Source: Felis catus (lineage: Eukaryota). From it: DNA of 64,000 nt. The position numbers and the translations under genes were made by a program. Of the stretch, positions 10,760 to 23,399 are shown one piece after another. The stretch spans positions 112,470,001 to 112,534,000 of the forward strand of contig NC_058368.1 in NCBI RefSeq assembly GCF_018350175.1. Reading direction: 5' to 3'. Within the stretch, counting starts at the first letter, position 1, and each line of letters begins with the position of its first letter. The notes beneath the pieces are model-generated. The model saw only the letters and a list, made by a program, of their open reading frames with translations. It was not told the DNA's origin and searched no databases.

Positions 10760-12446
10760 GATGTCCCTTGACAGTAAGGAAATCCACCTGGAAAGCCTAA
10801 CCCCGTCCCGTCCACGCCTGCTCCGAACCCTCAGCGAAGGCCTCCCATTCTTACAACCCAGCCCAGACTCTGTTCGCCGGGCGATCCGGTGCCTGGCTCC
10901 TTTTCCGATGATACCTGGTGCCCCTCTCTTGTTGCCTTGTCGCGTCGCCGCCACACTGCCCTCTCTGGTTCCTCAAGCATGCCTTTTCTAGCTGCTGTGC
11001 TGTGTCTCAAAAAACCTCCCCGCCCTTCAGTCTCATTGTTTAACACTTACCTCCTCAGAGGGCCCTTCCATGAACACTGCCCAACGGGTGTTAGCACCCA
11101 CCTTCTTCCTGGTCATGGCAGCTGGTGTTTTTCCTCCGTGAGCAAGTCCACACCTAGATCAGCTCAGACATGTCCAAGTGCGCAGGAGTGCAGTGTCCTG
11201 AGGACGGGGGCCGTATCTGTCGTAGCTGTGCTCCCTGGCTCCCAGTGCCCGGCCTGGCCCCTGGGCGATGGCATGCTCTGGGCACTTGTTAGAAGAATGG
11301 CCGAGTGAATACATACATGACGCTATTACACGCAGGAGTAGAACTGACCTCGAGAGCTAGCAGGGGTCAAGCAGGACATACCTTCTGGGGTCTGGGCTCT
11401 TGTTGTCTCCATGGGATAAGAAAATGTTTTTCCTGGGGTAGGTTTTTGTTAGAGGTATTGCCCTGGGGATGAGGCAGGGGGACAGAAGGCAGGGGACGTT
11501 TGCCTCAGTAACCTTCCCTCCCCACAGTCTGTAAGATTGACCGTATTATGTGCTCGCTGAGCAAACTCAGGCCCAAAGAGGCAGAGGAAGAGACACCCCT
11601 AGAGTCAGGCTCAATCCCTTCTTCTGGTCCAAAGGAACAGAGTCTGAAAGGAGGACATTCCCCCACTTGGGACATGGTGGCCTTTCTCAGTGGGGGAATC
11701 TATAGTGGCTGCGACAGGGTTGTGGACTTCCCCCAGCCAGCACACCATTAGAGATCATCTACGGTGCGCCAGGCCTGTCAAAGATGATGAAGGGGTAAAT
11801 TCGGCATTTAAAAGCTTTACGGTCTAGAGACCGTTGCTGTGGAAGATGTCAAGGGGCGTGTTGGGAGTGTGTAGAAGCAGAGAAGTCTCATATGGCCAGG
11901 TTGTGCATAACTCAAATCCGGGCTCTGCCCTGAGGAATGACCACAGCGTGAACAGTGCTGTCCGTAGTCAGGCCACGCACAACCTGAGCAAACATGTGGC
12001 TGCTGGTGAGGATGGGGTATGTCGTCTGGAATTAGGGCATCTGTCTGAGGAGTAAGAAGAGAAGAGAAGATAGACCTCAAGGGAGCAGCAATGTGTAGGG
12101 GTCTGTGGAAGGTGCAAAAGGCAGAGATAGAGGAGGAGGACCGGGTGTTACAGAAGCCAGCAGAAGATGAACCCAGGCGGAGGTGCAGCTAGCAGTGCCC
12201 AAGGGTGTGCCTGGGGAAGCAGAGAAGGGCTCCCAAGTGGCAACAAGGAGTTGGTTGGTGACCTTGGCAGGAGTGGTGAGGATCACATTCCCCTTTTTAT
12301 AGGGATGGATGGGATGTAGGGACAGAGGGAGGGTATTGAGCTCTTGCTGGAAATTGGCTGTGAGAGAGAGGGAGCAAGTAGTGGCCTGGGTCTTCGGGAC
12401 TGGGGAGAGCTTCATTTTTTAGCGGCCTTTAAGATGAGAACCTTGA

Positions 12447-12662
12447 GGGGCCCCTGGGTGGCTCAGTCGGTTAGGCGTAGAACTTTGGCTCAAGTCATGA
12501 TCTCGCCATCCCCGAGTTCGAGCCCTGCGTCAGGCTCTGTGCTGACAGCCCAGAGCCTGGAACCTGCTTTGGATTCTGTGTCTCCCTCTCTCTCTCTCTG
12601 CCCCCCGCCCTCATTCATGCTCTGTCTCTGTCTCTCTCAAAAATAAACATTAAGAAAAAAAA
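12447..12662 (+). mobile_element. Can-SINE (SINEC_Fc type)
   Basis: Full-length; TSD AAGATGAGAACCTTGA / AAGATGAGAGCCTTGA. Confidence 0.96.
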
Positions 12663-13009
12663 AAGATGAGAGCCTTGAACATGTCTGAATGCTGTAGGGA
12701 AGGCAGTAATAGTAGCCAAGGGAAGTTGAAAACTCACTAGAGAGTGTTTTCACCAGGATGACTCACACAGCAAGGCTTCGTGGAGGGAGAGAGTTTAGTT
12801 CTATATTAAGCAAAGGCTCCAGATGACAGCTAGTCAGAATTCCAGAAGGCTTCATGGAGATGGTGTGCCTTAGTCCTGGGCATCAGGGGCCCCTTTTAGA
12901 CCATACTCCAGGTGACTGGAATACTCAAGTCACCTCCAGAATGGCCCCGAGTGTCTCTTGGAGTCTTTGTGAACCTTTCCCTCCTCACATCCTCCCTAGA
13001 ACAGTCCAT

Positions 13010-15696
13010 TCCCAAGGGGAAGCCAACTCATTTTTTGAGGTTAGCGTTAGTCTGATTCCACACCAGGAAAATCCATTGCAAGGAAACAAACCGATATCCC
13101 TCATAAACATAGATGTGAAAATTCTAAATAAAATTTTAGCATATAGAAGCCAACAATCTATAAAAATGCAATGTATCATGACCACGTAGGCTTTACCACA
13201 GAAATGGAAGGTTGGTTTAACATTTGAAAATCAACATAGTTCACTATATTAATAAACTAAAGCCCAGAGAACGCATCATAGCAATAGATGCAGAAAAGAC
13301 ATTTGAAAGTCCAACGTCCATTCCTGATTAATAAAACAAACAAACAAAACAAAACAAAACAACTCTCAGCACCCCAGGAACGGTGGGGAATTTCCTCAAC
13401 TTGATAACTAGCACCTACAAGAGGAGCCCATCTAACAACCTGCATAAGTGGAAGAGACTAACAGACTTTCCCTACTAAGATCAAGTAGTTAACAGGGATG
13501 TCTGCTTTTAGCACTTGGATTTGACATTATACTGAAGGTTCTAATCAGTGCAGTAAGTCAAGAAAAAGTCATGAGTTACCCCAATCAGAAAGGCAGAAGT
13601 AAAACTGTTTTTAGGAGCCAATGACACAATCATCTATGTAGAAAATCTGACGGGATCGAAGAAAAGCTACCAGCACTGATGAACAAGTTTAGCAAGGTGG
13701 CAGGACACAAGATCAGCCTACGATTCTACTTCCTTTCACAGCAACAAACAACCAAAAATGAAATTGAAGATACTACTATTTACAATAGTACCAGAAGTTA
13801 TAAAATCCTTAAGGATGAACATGGCAAATGATGTGCAAGACCCATGGACTAAAAACTAAACTTGGCTGAGACAAATTTTAAAAAATCAAAATAAATGGAA
13901 AAAACATTTAGTTTGTTCATGGATCAGAAGACTCAGTATTGCTCTCACATCTCACCACAGTGTTCTATAGATGTAATATACTCCCAATCGGAGTCCCATG
14001 TGGCTTTCTTTTAAATTAAAAATTGATGAGTTTATGTTGAAATTCGTATAAAAAGTAATAGACCTGTATTAGCCAAAATGACTTGGAAAAAGGGTACAAT
14101 GGGAGGGCTCACATTACCTGATGGGAAAAGTAAAAATCAGATGATGATAATGGCACAGAGATGGACAAATAGATCAGTGGAACAGAACGGAGACTCCAAA
14201 AATAGACAACTGATTCTTAACCAATTTGCAAAGGCAATTCGGTGAAGAAGGCGTGGCCTTTCCACTAATGGGGCTGAAACAATTGGTTATCCACATAAAA
14301 AAGTAAGTTTAAGCCATATTTCCCACCATATATAAAAAGAAATCATAAAAACTTTTTTCTTAAAAAACTTACAGATCATAGACCTAAATGAGAAACCCAA
14401 AACCCATAAAGCTTCCAGGAGAAAATCTTTTTGACCTTGAGCTAGGCAGAAATTTTTTAGATACAAGAGCAAGAAGCCTGATTGAAAAAAAAAAAAAAAA
14501 AAGATCATTTGAATTAACTTTGCTCTTTGAAAGATGCTGTTAAGAGAATAAACAGACAAGCCAGGGACTGAGAGACGAATCTTTGCAAATCACAGACCTG
14601 AAAAACACAGAATAGAAAAGCTCTCAAACACTCCACGTCAAGAAAATAAACAGCTCATTTTTCAAAAAAGGGCCAAAGGTTTGAACAGACATGTCACCAG
14701 AGCAGATACAGCGATGACACAAAAGCACGTGATAAGAAATTCTCAGCATCATTCTTGTTGAGGGAAATGTAAACTAAAGTCACAGTAGGATTATTCCACT
14801 ACACATTTGTCAGAATGGCTAGACTGGGAGAGACCAGTCCAAGTGGCAGTCACAGCCTAGGGTGCGAAGGAGCTGGAATTTTCTTATGCACTGCCGGTAT
14901 GAATGATGAGGCAAACCTGTGTAAGGCAAAGTTGGACAGTTTCTTAAAAAGTCAACATGCTCATAACATACCAGCTTCTTCCCTCCTAGGTGTTTCCTCA
15001 GGAGAAAGGAGAGCGTGTGTAGAAACCAAATCTTGTACATCAATATTCCTATCAGCTTTATTCGTAATAGCCCCAAACAGGAAACAAATAGTCAAAAACT
15101 AGTCGATGGATCAACAGTCTGTGTCATATCTATGCAGTGGAATACTACCCAGAAATAAAGGGGAATGAAATATTGGTAGTTTCATCAACATGGATGAATC
15201 TCAAAAGAACGATGCTGAGGGCTGCCTGGTCAGTTAAGCGTCTGACTCTTGATTTTGGCTCAGATCATGATGTCAGGATTTGTGGGTTCAAGCCCCACGT
15301 TGGGCTTGACATGCGCTGATGGCACGGAGCCTGCTTGGGATTCTCTGTGCCCCTCCCCTGCTCACTAGCTCTCAAAATTAATAAACCTAAAAAAAATAAT
15401 GATGCTAAGATGGAGAAGCCAAATGAAAGGAGCACATGTAATATGGATCATTTACCTAAAACTCTAAAACATGCAAATTAATCCCTTTTGACAGAAAGCT
15501 GAATAGTGGTTGCCTGGGGATGGTAGGGGTGGGGTGGGAGGTATGGCAGGGTGGAATTATACAGGGGGAGGGGTCTTTGGGGAATGTTAGATGTGTTCAC
15601 AGTCTGATTGCAGTGATGGTTTCATGGGCGTATACGTGTGTTCAACCTATTGCATACAGTTTATTGTGTGTTAATTGCACCTCGATAAAGCTGTTG
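13010..15696 (+). mobile_element. Old 5'-truncated L1 (L1M-type): degraded ORF2 RT region to 3' end
   Basis: Translation NSFFEVSVSLIP...PISLINIDVKILNKILA matches the L1 ORF2 RT N-terminal motif; later MEYYPEIKGNEILVVSSTWMNLK matches the ORF2 C-terminus; L1M-type 3' end ...CACCTCGATAAAGCTG; many stops and frameshifts. Confidence 0.9.
15219..15397 (+). mobile_element. Can-SINE nested in the old L1
   Basis: CAGTTAAGCGTCTGACTCTTGATTTTGGCTCAG head, A tail; degenerate TSD AAAGAACGATGCTGA / AAATAATGATGCTAA. Confidence 0.9.
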
Positions 15697-17409
15697 AGTA
15701 TAGAGGCTCCTAGTATGTTGATCTCCCTGTTACTTTGCTTTTTGTTCCACAAATGTCAGGAACAAGTTCCGTGATGGGCCATTAATAAGAGTTAAACATT
15801 AAGAAAAAGCAAATAGACTTCTCTGAGTATGTGTGAGCGTGCTGTATGTGAGACACAAAAACAGAAGACATTTTTCTCACGTGCGCAAAGAACCAGAGGC
15901 TTCAAAAAGTCACCGTGTAATATAATTAACAGCAAGTATTTATTTACCAACCAACTTGACTCCCTCCTTGAGTCAGATTCTTGACAAATGCATACAATAA
16001 TCCTTTTGACCCTCCCGATAAATTTAGAGTAATGTGACAGTTTCGAAAATGAGTCTCAGAGGCATCACGTCAGCTTTCCAAAAGTGCACAGCGAAGGAGT
16101 GGCAGGGCCGGGATGTGAGGGGCCTGAGATGGCTGCACTTGTTCCCCCCCCCACCCCCGCCCCTGCTCTGTGGACCCCTCCCTGCAGACAGCTGCCAGTT
16201 GGGCTGGTGTTGAAACAATAGGCCAACTCCGTCCAAGAGTCCAGTCCTCCAAGGTTAGCTATTGTGCATAGAGCTATATATAGCTGACTTTGGGGAAGAA
16301 AGAGAAAATAAGATTTACTTTTTGGAGGCTCAGAGGATTGAGGCAACTTGAAAGGTCCTCAGGGCTTTTGCAGACGGCGGCTGAAATGTCATTGGCTAAG
16401 CACAGTTGGAGTGTGGTTTCTTAACAAGGGAGGAGGTGTCCTGGCCCAGGGAGGTGTGACACGTTTCTCTGCTCAAAATAGAGACTGGCCATTTCCTGAG
16501 TGGGACTCAGCTGGGGGTGGGAAGGCAGCCCCAGCCCTACAGCTTCTGACCACCTACAGCTTCTGACCACTGGAGCGTCTTGCACCCCTGCTGGAAAGTG
16601 GGAAGCGGGGGCAAAGTTCAGGGCCCCTGAGGCTCTCACGCTGCGGGGAGGGGCGGGTGGAATGGGGGTGGTGGTGACAGAGCAGACAGTGGGACAGTGA
16701 GATGGCTGCTATATTGATTGCGGGTGGGGAGGGGTGGCTTCCAACTCTGCCTGGTGCGGGGGTGGGGAGAGAGGGGAACGGGGAACGTGGGCAGAGGCCA
16801 GTCCTTACAAATTGCAGCTAAGGAGGTGTTGAGGCTGAAGTCTCTGGGCATGGACAGAGTTCATGGTTCCTGTGCAGGCAGCCGCTGAAGAAGAAGGGTC
16901 CAGAAAAGGAGGCGGAGGCCTGATAACGTCCCGGCAGTCTCTGTGAGCATTGAGAGGCCATTTTCTAACTGGGTGAGAACCAGCCATGCCCTTGAGTTCG
17001 GATCCTCCGCAGGTTCCAACTCAGTACCTGCTCCAGGGCTGATGTGAGCTGGTTTGCACCAGTGTGGCCGTGCTGGGGGTTCACTGCAGAGCTACTTTTG
17101 CACTGGCTGGTAACTAGCCCCTGCCCAGACTCCCCCATAATGACTCTTAACCATCACAGCCATCATGTCATCCCTCATCCCTATGTCCCATGGTACCCAC
17201 TCCTCACCTAGCAAGTCCAGCTGCCCAAAGGTCAATGCCTAGCTTTGCGGTGGTTGTCTCGTGCCAGGGCTGTTAAATACATGAATATCACCTATGCTGG
17301 ACCCAAAAGAGTAGCGCTCGTCCATTACTCTTTGCTGTGTGTCAGTCACCCCCCTCCATTCTAGATGCTTTCCTTGTATCTACAACAGTAGCAATAGCCA
17401 TAAAACAAC

Positions 17410-17650
17410 AGTAGCTAACAACAGTAGTTCATTAGATGCCAGGGATGGTGCTAAGTACTTTGCATTGATTATGCCATTTTAATGCCCATCCATCATTATA
17501 ACCCTATGTGGTAGGTTCTGATAGTATCTTCCATTTTCAGAAGGAAAAAAAACCCCAAGACCCAGAGAGGTTGAGCAACTTCCTTTGGGTCACACAGCTA
17601 GTAAGTAGCAGGGCCCAGTTAAAACCCAGGTCTTGCTGACTCTAGGATCT
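17410..17650 (-). mobile_element. MIR
   Basis: Core CCCAGAGAGGTTGAGCAACTTCCTTTGGGTCACACAGCTAGTAAGT matches antisense MIR. Confidence 0.8.
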
Positions 17651-18229
17651 TTGCTCTGGCATTATTCTGTACGATAAGAAATAATCGAAAACAATAAAAA
17701 ATGCTCCTAAAATTTAAAAGCATCCTTTTATGAAAGCCATTTCTATTCTGTACTGAGTGTCCAACACCTTTATCAGGCAAATTTCTTCAACTTTGCTGCT
17801 TGAGTGTTTCTAATACACCGTCTGCATTCGATGGCTATCATTCTCCTGCTGTGAAAGTAAGGGTGATTGTGCCAGGGGCATCCTAGTTGATCTGGCTGAA
17901 CAGTGGCGCAAAATACTCCGTTAAAGAGGATGCAGGAGTCCTGACTGATGTCTGTAAGAAACAAATGGAAGTGTGGAGGCTCCATGCCATCCATTTGCTC
18001 CCCAGTCTCCAGAGCTTTCCTGGAAACCCTCCTTCCTGATTATTTATTGTGAAGTCATGCAAAGGCCGCTGACGTCTTATTGGCGAGGCTCTTAAGAGCT
18101 GCCCTGTTTCTGAAATCAGGCCACTTTCTGTGTTCCAGGAATTATCTAGTGTATCCAAGACTGGTCATGAACATGCACTCACCCGGTCAGTAACTATCTA
18201 GGGAGGACCCACCATGGATCAGACACTCT

Positions 18230-18620
18230 TCTAGATACTGAGCAGAGAGTCACGGATAAAACAGACCCTGCCCCTGCCCGCGTGGGGCTTGTCCTCTAGA
18301 GAAAGAAAGAGATACTTGACACCTGACTGCAGAAACACAGCTAACTGTATAATTAGGTCTTGTGATAAATGCCGTGAAAGAAAAAGACTAAAGTAAAAGA
18401 TCTTCAATTCGATTATCAAAGATGTGAGAAGAAGGAATATTGCAAGTACTATTCAAGCTGACACATGAAGAGGCAGGCAGTCACACGAAGGAAGGAGACG
18501 GTCTCAGAATAAAGTTGCAGGTGGGGGGTGGGCAGTGTGGGTGCAGGCCTGGGGTCAGGTGACACTTGGGCAGTTTTGAGGTCTTTGAAAGGAAAAACAT
18601 CTGGAGTTTAACTGCATGGG
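18230..18620 (-). mobile_element. L2 remnant
   Basis: AAAACAGACCCTGCCCCTGCCC...GGGGCTTGTCCTCTAG resembles antisense L2 near its 3' end. Confidence 0.55.
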
Positions 18621-20335
18621 AGAGAATGAGAGGTGATAAGCCTGGATGGTGGGAGTGGGCCACATTTTCTGGGAATGAGGGTCTCTATAGAGCATGTGCA
18701 GATGAGGGTTTAAGGCCTAAGGAGGGTGGTGGAATCACCCCCAAAACCATACCCTTTGCTAGGACAGACCGATGGACAATAGCAAGAAGAGGTCCCCAAA
18801 GCTCTCCTTACTCATGAGGCAGTTGCTTTGTGAATGGCATTTGCTTTCACAGAAAAATTTATCTCGGGCAAAAATCACATCACCCTGGCAGGGGAAAGCA
18901 TTCTTGATTAAAGTAAGACCCGACAGCTCACGTCTGTGAATGTGGCCCAGACTTGCAGGGGCTGGGATGATGCCTGAGGATTCTTCTAGTTACCACTGAC
19001 AGAAACTACCTCAGATTAGCTTAGGTGAGGAAGAGACATGTATGGATTCAAACCACTGGGGAGTCTGAGGAGTCAGCTGGCGAAGTAGAGGTGTTCAAAC
19101 TTGTCATCTCTTCTCTCTCTCGTTTGGTCTTTCCTGCTCCGTCTTGGCTTCTTCTTACCGATTTACCACCATGTGGCTTCGTTCTGGGACAGGCAAAGAT
19201 GACGCCATGCTATTTCGGATGAAAGAGCTAGATGGTCGCCTACAGTCGAGTCTCCCCTTGCATCACCTACGTATCTCTGAGCCGATTGCCAGGACGAGCC
19301 GTCTTATTGCCCGGTTTCAGTGGCACCGGGCCGCGTGGATCAGACAGGAGAGTATGGAGTTCAGGAGGGGTCATTCCCCAGAGGGCTGCTGACAGACCAG
19401 AACACATCCCTTGTACCTAAGGGGTGCGAAACTTGTCCTGCCTCTGCATGTCGAATTGTTTTGTTCCGTTATTTTTATAAATTTTGTTAAAAAGTCACCC
19501 ATAAAGCTGTCAATGTATTGCTAGCATTTACTGCATAACCTGTTAATCATACCCACCCACTTACATGCACACAGACATCTACATCTTTTATAGGCTTTGT
19601 TTGGTTGGTTTTTTGGGGTAGTCATTTGGTAGAATTCAACTTCAATACTATTAACTTTTAATTTTTTCCCAAGAAATGTAAAAATGTCCTCTCTTCCTCT
19701 AATCAGTGATGTCCCAAATGAAACTCTGGCTAATGCTCCTCTATTTAAACCTCATTTTGCTCCTTCTCATCTTTTCTAACATTGAACACTGATGCTAGAA
19801 TCCCCAGCATATGCTTGTCTGCGGTTTCGGGGTTAACCACGTAAAAATCCTCCAAGTGTATTTGGAGTGAAGGGACAGGGCTGAGGAGTCCTGACCCATT
19901 TCTTGAGTCCTTGGACTTAAGTTCTCTCCTGAGAACTCTCTCCTGTCTTTGCCCTTTGACCCATGGCCTGGTTGGTTTTTTTTGTTTTTGTTTTTTTGTC
20001 TTACAGAGGAACTCACAGCCATGCGCAAAGATAACCCAAAAAGATGTTCCTTACAGCTTTGATTGTGACAGCTTACAAAGTGGCAACACTGACATGTCCA
20101 TCGGTTTGGTCAAGTGACTGTGTATGATGTAACACAACCCAGTACCTGGGAGTCATGCCAGCCATTTCCGCAGACCCCTCTGGAAGGTGCCCAACGTGTA
20201 CTCAGAGAAAACATGAAATTGCAAAAGGGTGTTAGAGCTGTAGTTCACAAACTGATATTTCAATAAATATTTAATGAGTGGGTACTACTGACCAGGCTTT
20301 TCCATTGCCCTGTTGTTAAAAATTTCATCTGTTCT

Positions 20336-20571
20336 GGGGCGCCTGGGTGGCGCAGTCGGTTAAGCGTCCGACTTCAGCCAGGTCACAATCTTGCGGTCCG
20401 TGAGTTCGAGCCCCGCGTCGGGCTCTGGGCTGATGGCTCAGAGCCTGGAGCCTGCTTCCGATTCTGTGTCTCCCTCTCTCTCTGACCCTCCCCCGTTCAT
20501 GCTCTGTCTCTCTCTGTCCCAAAAATAAATAAACGTTGAAAAAAAAAATTAAAAAAAAAAAAAAGAAAAAG
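20336..20571 (+). mobile_element. Young Can-SINE (SINEC_Fc)
   Basis: CpG-intact head GGGGCGCCTGGGTGGCGCAGTCGGTTAAGCGTCCGAC, long A tail, perfect 18-bp TSD AAAAATTTCATCTGTTCT (20318-20335, 20572-20589). Confidence 0.98.
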
Positions 20572-20915
20572 AAAAATTTCATCTGTTCTATGTCCTCAAT
20601 TGTCTTTGACTTGAAAAATGGCTTCTCTTCCAAAAGTTCTCAAAGAAGACGAGACAAGTAGGATCCGGGGTGGCTTTTGAAAACTACTTAGAGTTAATAG
20701 TTTGAATAACTTAGGGAAACATTTCCCTCCCTCCCCCGCCCCGTTTGTATTTATAAAAGACCTCATTGGAAGAAAAATGTCACACGTGAACATTTGCACA
20801 TGTATATCTGGTTTTCCGACAGTCATAAAACCAGGATCACATGTTCTCTTCTGTACTGTATGAATTTTCCCCTTGAAGGTGAATTACTTAAATAACATGA
20901 AAAAGTACTAGTTCA

Positions 20916-21126
20916 GGGGCACATGAGTGGTTCAGCCAGCTAAGCGTCCAAGTCTTGATTTTAGCTCTGGTCATGATCTCACAGTTCCTGAGTTCTATTC
21001 CCGTGTCAGATCCATGCTGAGAGTGCGGAGCCTGCTTGGGATTCTCTCTCTTCCTCTCTCTCTCCTTCTCCCCTGTTCATTTTCTCTCTCTCTCTCAAAA
21101 TAAATACACTTAAAATTTTTTTTAAA
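20916..21126 (+). mobile_element. Older Can-SINE
   Basis: Diverged head and (CT)n body; degenerate TSD AAAAGTACTAGTTCA / AAATGTAGTAGTTCA. Confidence 0.9.
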
Positions 21127-22257
21127 TGTAGTAGTTCATTAAAAATTTCACACACACACACACACATGCACGACACACATACAAGGTTTTTCTCCCTGAC
21201 AAGCCTCTCTCATTAGTGACTTTCTACTCTTTGGAAGGTTTGCCCCTTGTCACTGCCAGGTGCTTTTGTGATCCCCTCTGAACTACCTTTCCTACTAGGG
21301 TAGGAGCCATATTTAACCATCGTGTTGTGACTGTTTCCTTCCTTCCGGTGACCTAACACGTGAATCTCTTGTAAAGGTAGTCAAAGAAGATGAGGAAGAA
21401 TGCAGGGGTGTGTTGGGGAACCATTCAGAGTTCATGGCCCAAATACCTTAATAAGAGCTTTAAGAAGTTTTTTTTTTTCATAGAAGACTTAAATTGAAGA
21501 AAAATATACTGTGTGATCATTTTCCCAAGCCCCACCCGGTATGTGAGTGGCTTACAGCATTGCTCATTGTAGAGCAATTGGTTATTCTGACTCCTTCCGC
21601 AAATTAATTTACCTCAGGAAGCCACGTCCCTCTATAAAGGGGAGGGCGAAACAATGGGGTCTTTTACATTCTCGGTAATATGGGGCTCGTTAGCTAAATG
21701 CTGACTTTGTTGGGCTCTGGAACAGAGCAAAATATACTAAAGCAAGTTCATAGCTGTAGCAAACTGGAAAGAAAGGGGACCCTCGCACCTGTGTCTGAGC
21801 CCTGGGTGGGGAAGGAGCCAGGCGGGGGTGTCTGGGGCAGGAGGTGCGCTGCTCAGGTGGCCTCCTCCCCCTCTCCTGGGGTCTGGGCCCAGAGGGAATG
21901 ATGGGAGGGCCAGAGGGTGGCACTTAAACCTCTTGGGCCAGAGGTGCCAGAATATTGTATAGGCCAGCAGTCTCCATGCAATCCCCCCCCCCCACCTCTT
22001 GCTGATTTAATCACAACTGCCTCTTTGGGTAAAAATGTCTGAGCATATACTCCCAATATACATTATAATGGTATGTGGAATATCTTATAAACTAAAAAAA
22101 AAAACCCAACATTTTAAAGATGAAATTAAAAAATAAAATAAATTTAATTATAAGACCACTTTTATAGATGAGATAGGAACAGACCTCTGGTCCCCATGGT
22201 CCCCAGCTGAATGATGAAATGATCCTTGGAACTTGTAGCTTTAAAAACAAGCAGCCT

Positions 22258-22500
22258 GCGGGCACCTAGGTGGCTCAGTTGGTTGGCCACCAACCACTGA
22301 CTTCAGCTCAAGTCATGATCTCACGGTTTGTGAGTTTGAGCCCCGCATCGGGCTCTGTTCTGACAGCTCAGAGCCTGGAGCCTGGTTCGGATTTTGTGTC
22401 CCCCTCTCTTCCAGTCCCCTGCTCATGCTCTGTCTCTCTTTCTCTCCCAGGAATAAATAAACTTTAAAAAAAATAAATAAAAATTAAATAAAAATCAAAT
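22258..22500 (+). mobile_element. Can-SINE (SINEC_Fc type)
   Basis: Head, body and tail; TSD AAAAACAAGCAGCCT / AAAAACAAACAGCCT. Confidence 0.95.
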
Positions 22501-23399
22501 AAAAACAAACAGCCTAATACCAACCCCTATCCCCAATTTCCCACCAAAACTGAAAGCGGTCTCCTAGAAGGTACAGAAAATGCTCAAGGCTCATAATGCC
22601 TGAAGGAGAGCTTATAAAGTGAATCTGGGAAGAATTTCCACCAAATACAGGGCTAATTGAGTAGGAGAGAGGAAAACAAATGGTGATAATCCTGTGTCAC
22701 CATGGAATAGAGTATCCCTCTTTCCTAGAAAGAAGGCAGAAAGAATCCCCAGCAAACTCCATTTTCTGCAGCAGCCTTAAAATCAGGGAGCATTTCAGAA
22801 CAGGAGCCTGCCTCTTGGGACTGTCATTTCCCACCCACCCCAAGAACCACATGTTTGTCTTAAGTGCATCCAGAGACTGCAAATCACAGAACAGAGGAGA
22901 GCCGGGAGTTTGAGGGCGGGCAAGAGGGAAAGACATGATACAGAGCATTTCGAAGTGCTGAGGACCCAAGGTCACTGCTTTGACAATAAGGAAGAGAGAA
23001 GAAATCTTTATAATAGCCCCTGACACAGGTGTGCCTGTCCCACTTATTCCAGCAATTCAATGCATCAAAGCCAGGAGTTGGGAAGGAGGAGAAAAGCCAT
23101 CTTAGGACAAGAGAGGCATGTGACAGAGTGATAGTCTGGGCCTTTATCCTTCGCTTCAATCAAGCTTTTTATGATTTTAGAGGGTTTTATGTTGGAGTTC
23201 AATGTAAGACTTTTTTCCCGAAAAAAGTTTCTGCTGAAAACCATGGTAGTCACTCCTACTGGACATTGGGAATTGGGTCATGAGCTGTCACAGCCACCTG
23301 CTGTAGTGCTGAATTCACAGAAGGGGAGTTGGGCAGCACACCTACACAGCTGCCCTGTGGGTAGCTCCCCCTTCGCGCAGAACCAAGTCAAGAAGGAGG

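Noticed and set aside
12854..13189. ORF with a reverse transcriptase-like motif
   Set aside because: Fragment of a degraded L1 ORF2, not a host gene or an active element
16536..16569. Perfect 17-bp tandem duplication CCTACAGCTTCTGACCA
   Set aside because: Ordinary slippage duplication with no sign of function
17883..17965. Minus-strand terminal exon candidate TTTCTTACAG|TSVRTPASSLTEYFAPLFSQIN-stop
   Set aside because: Good acceptor, but no upstream exons and no recognisable protein; the same bases also read as a plus-strand donor
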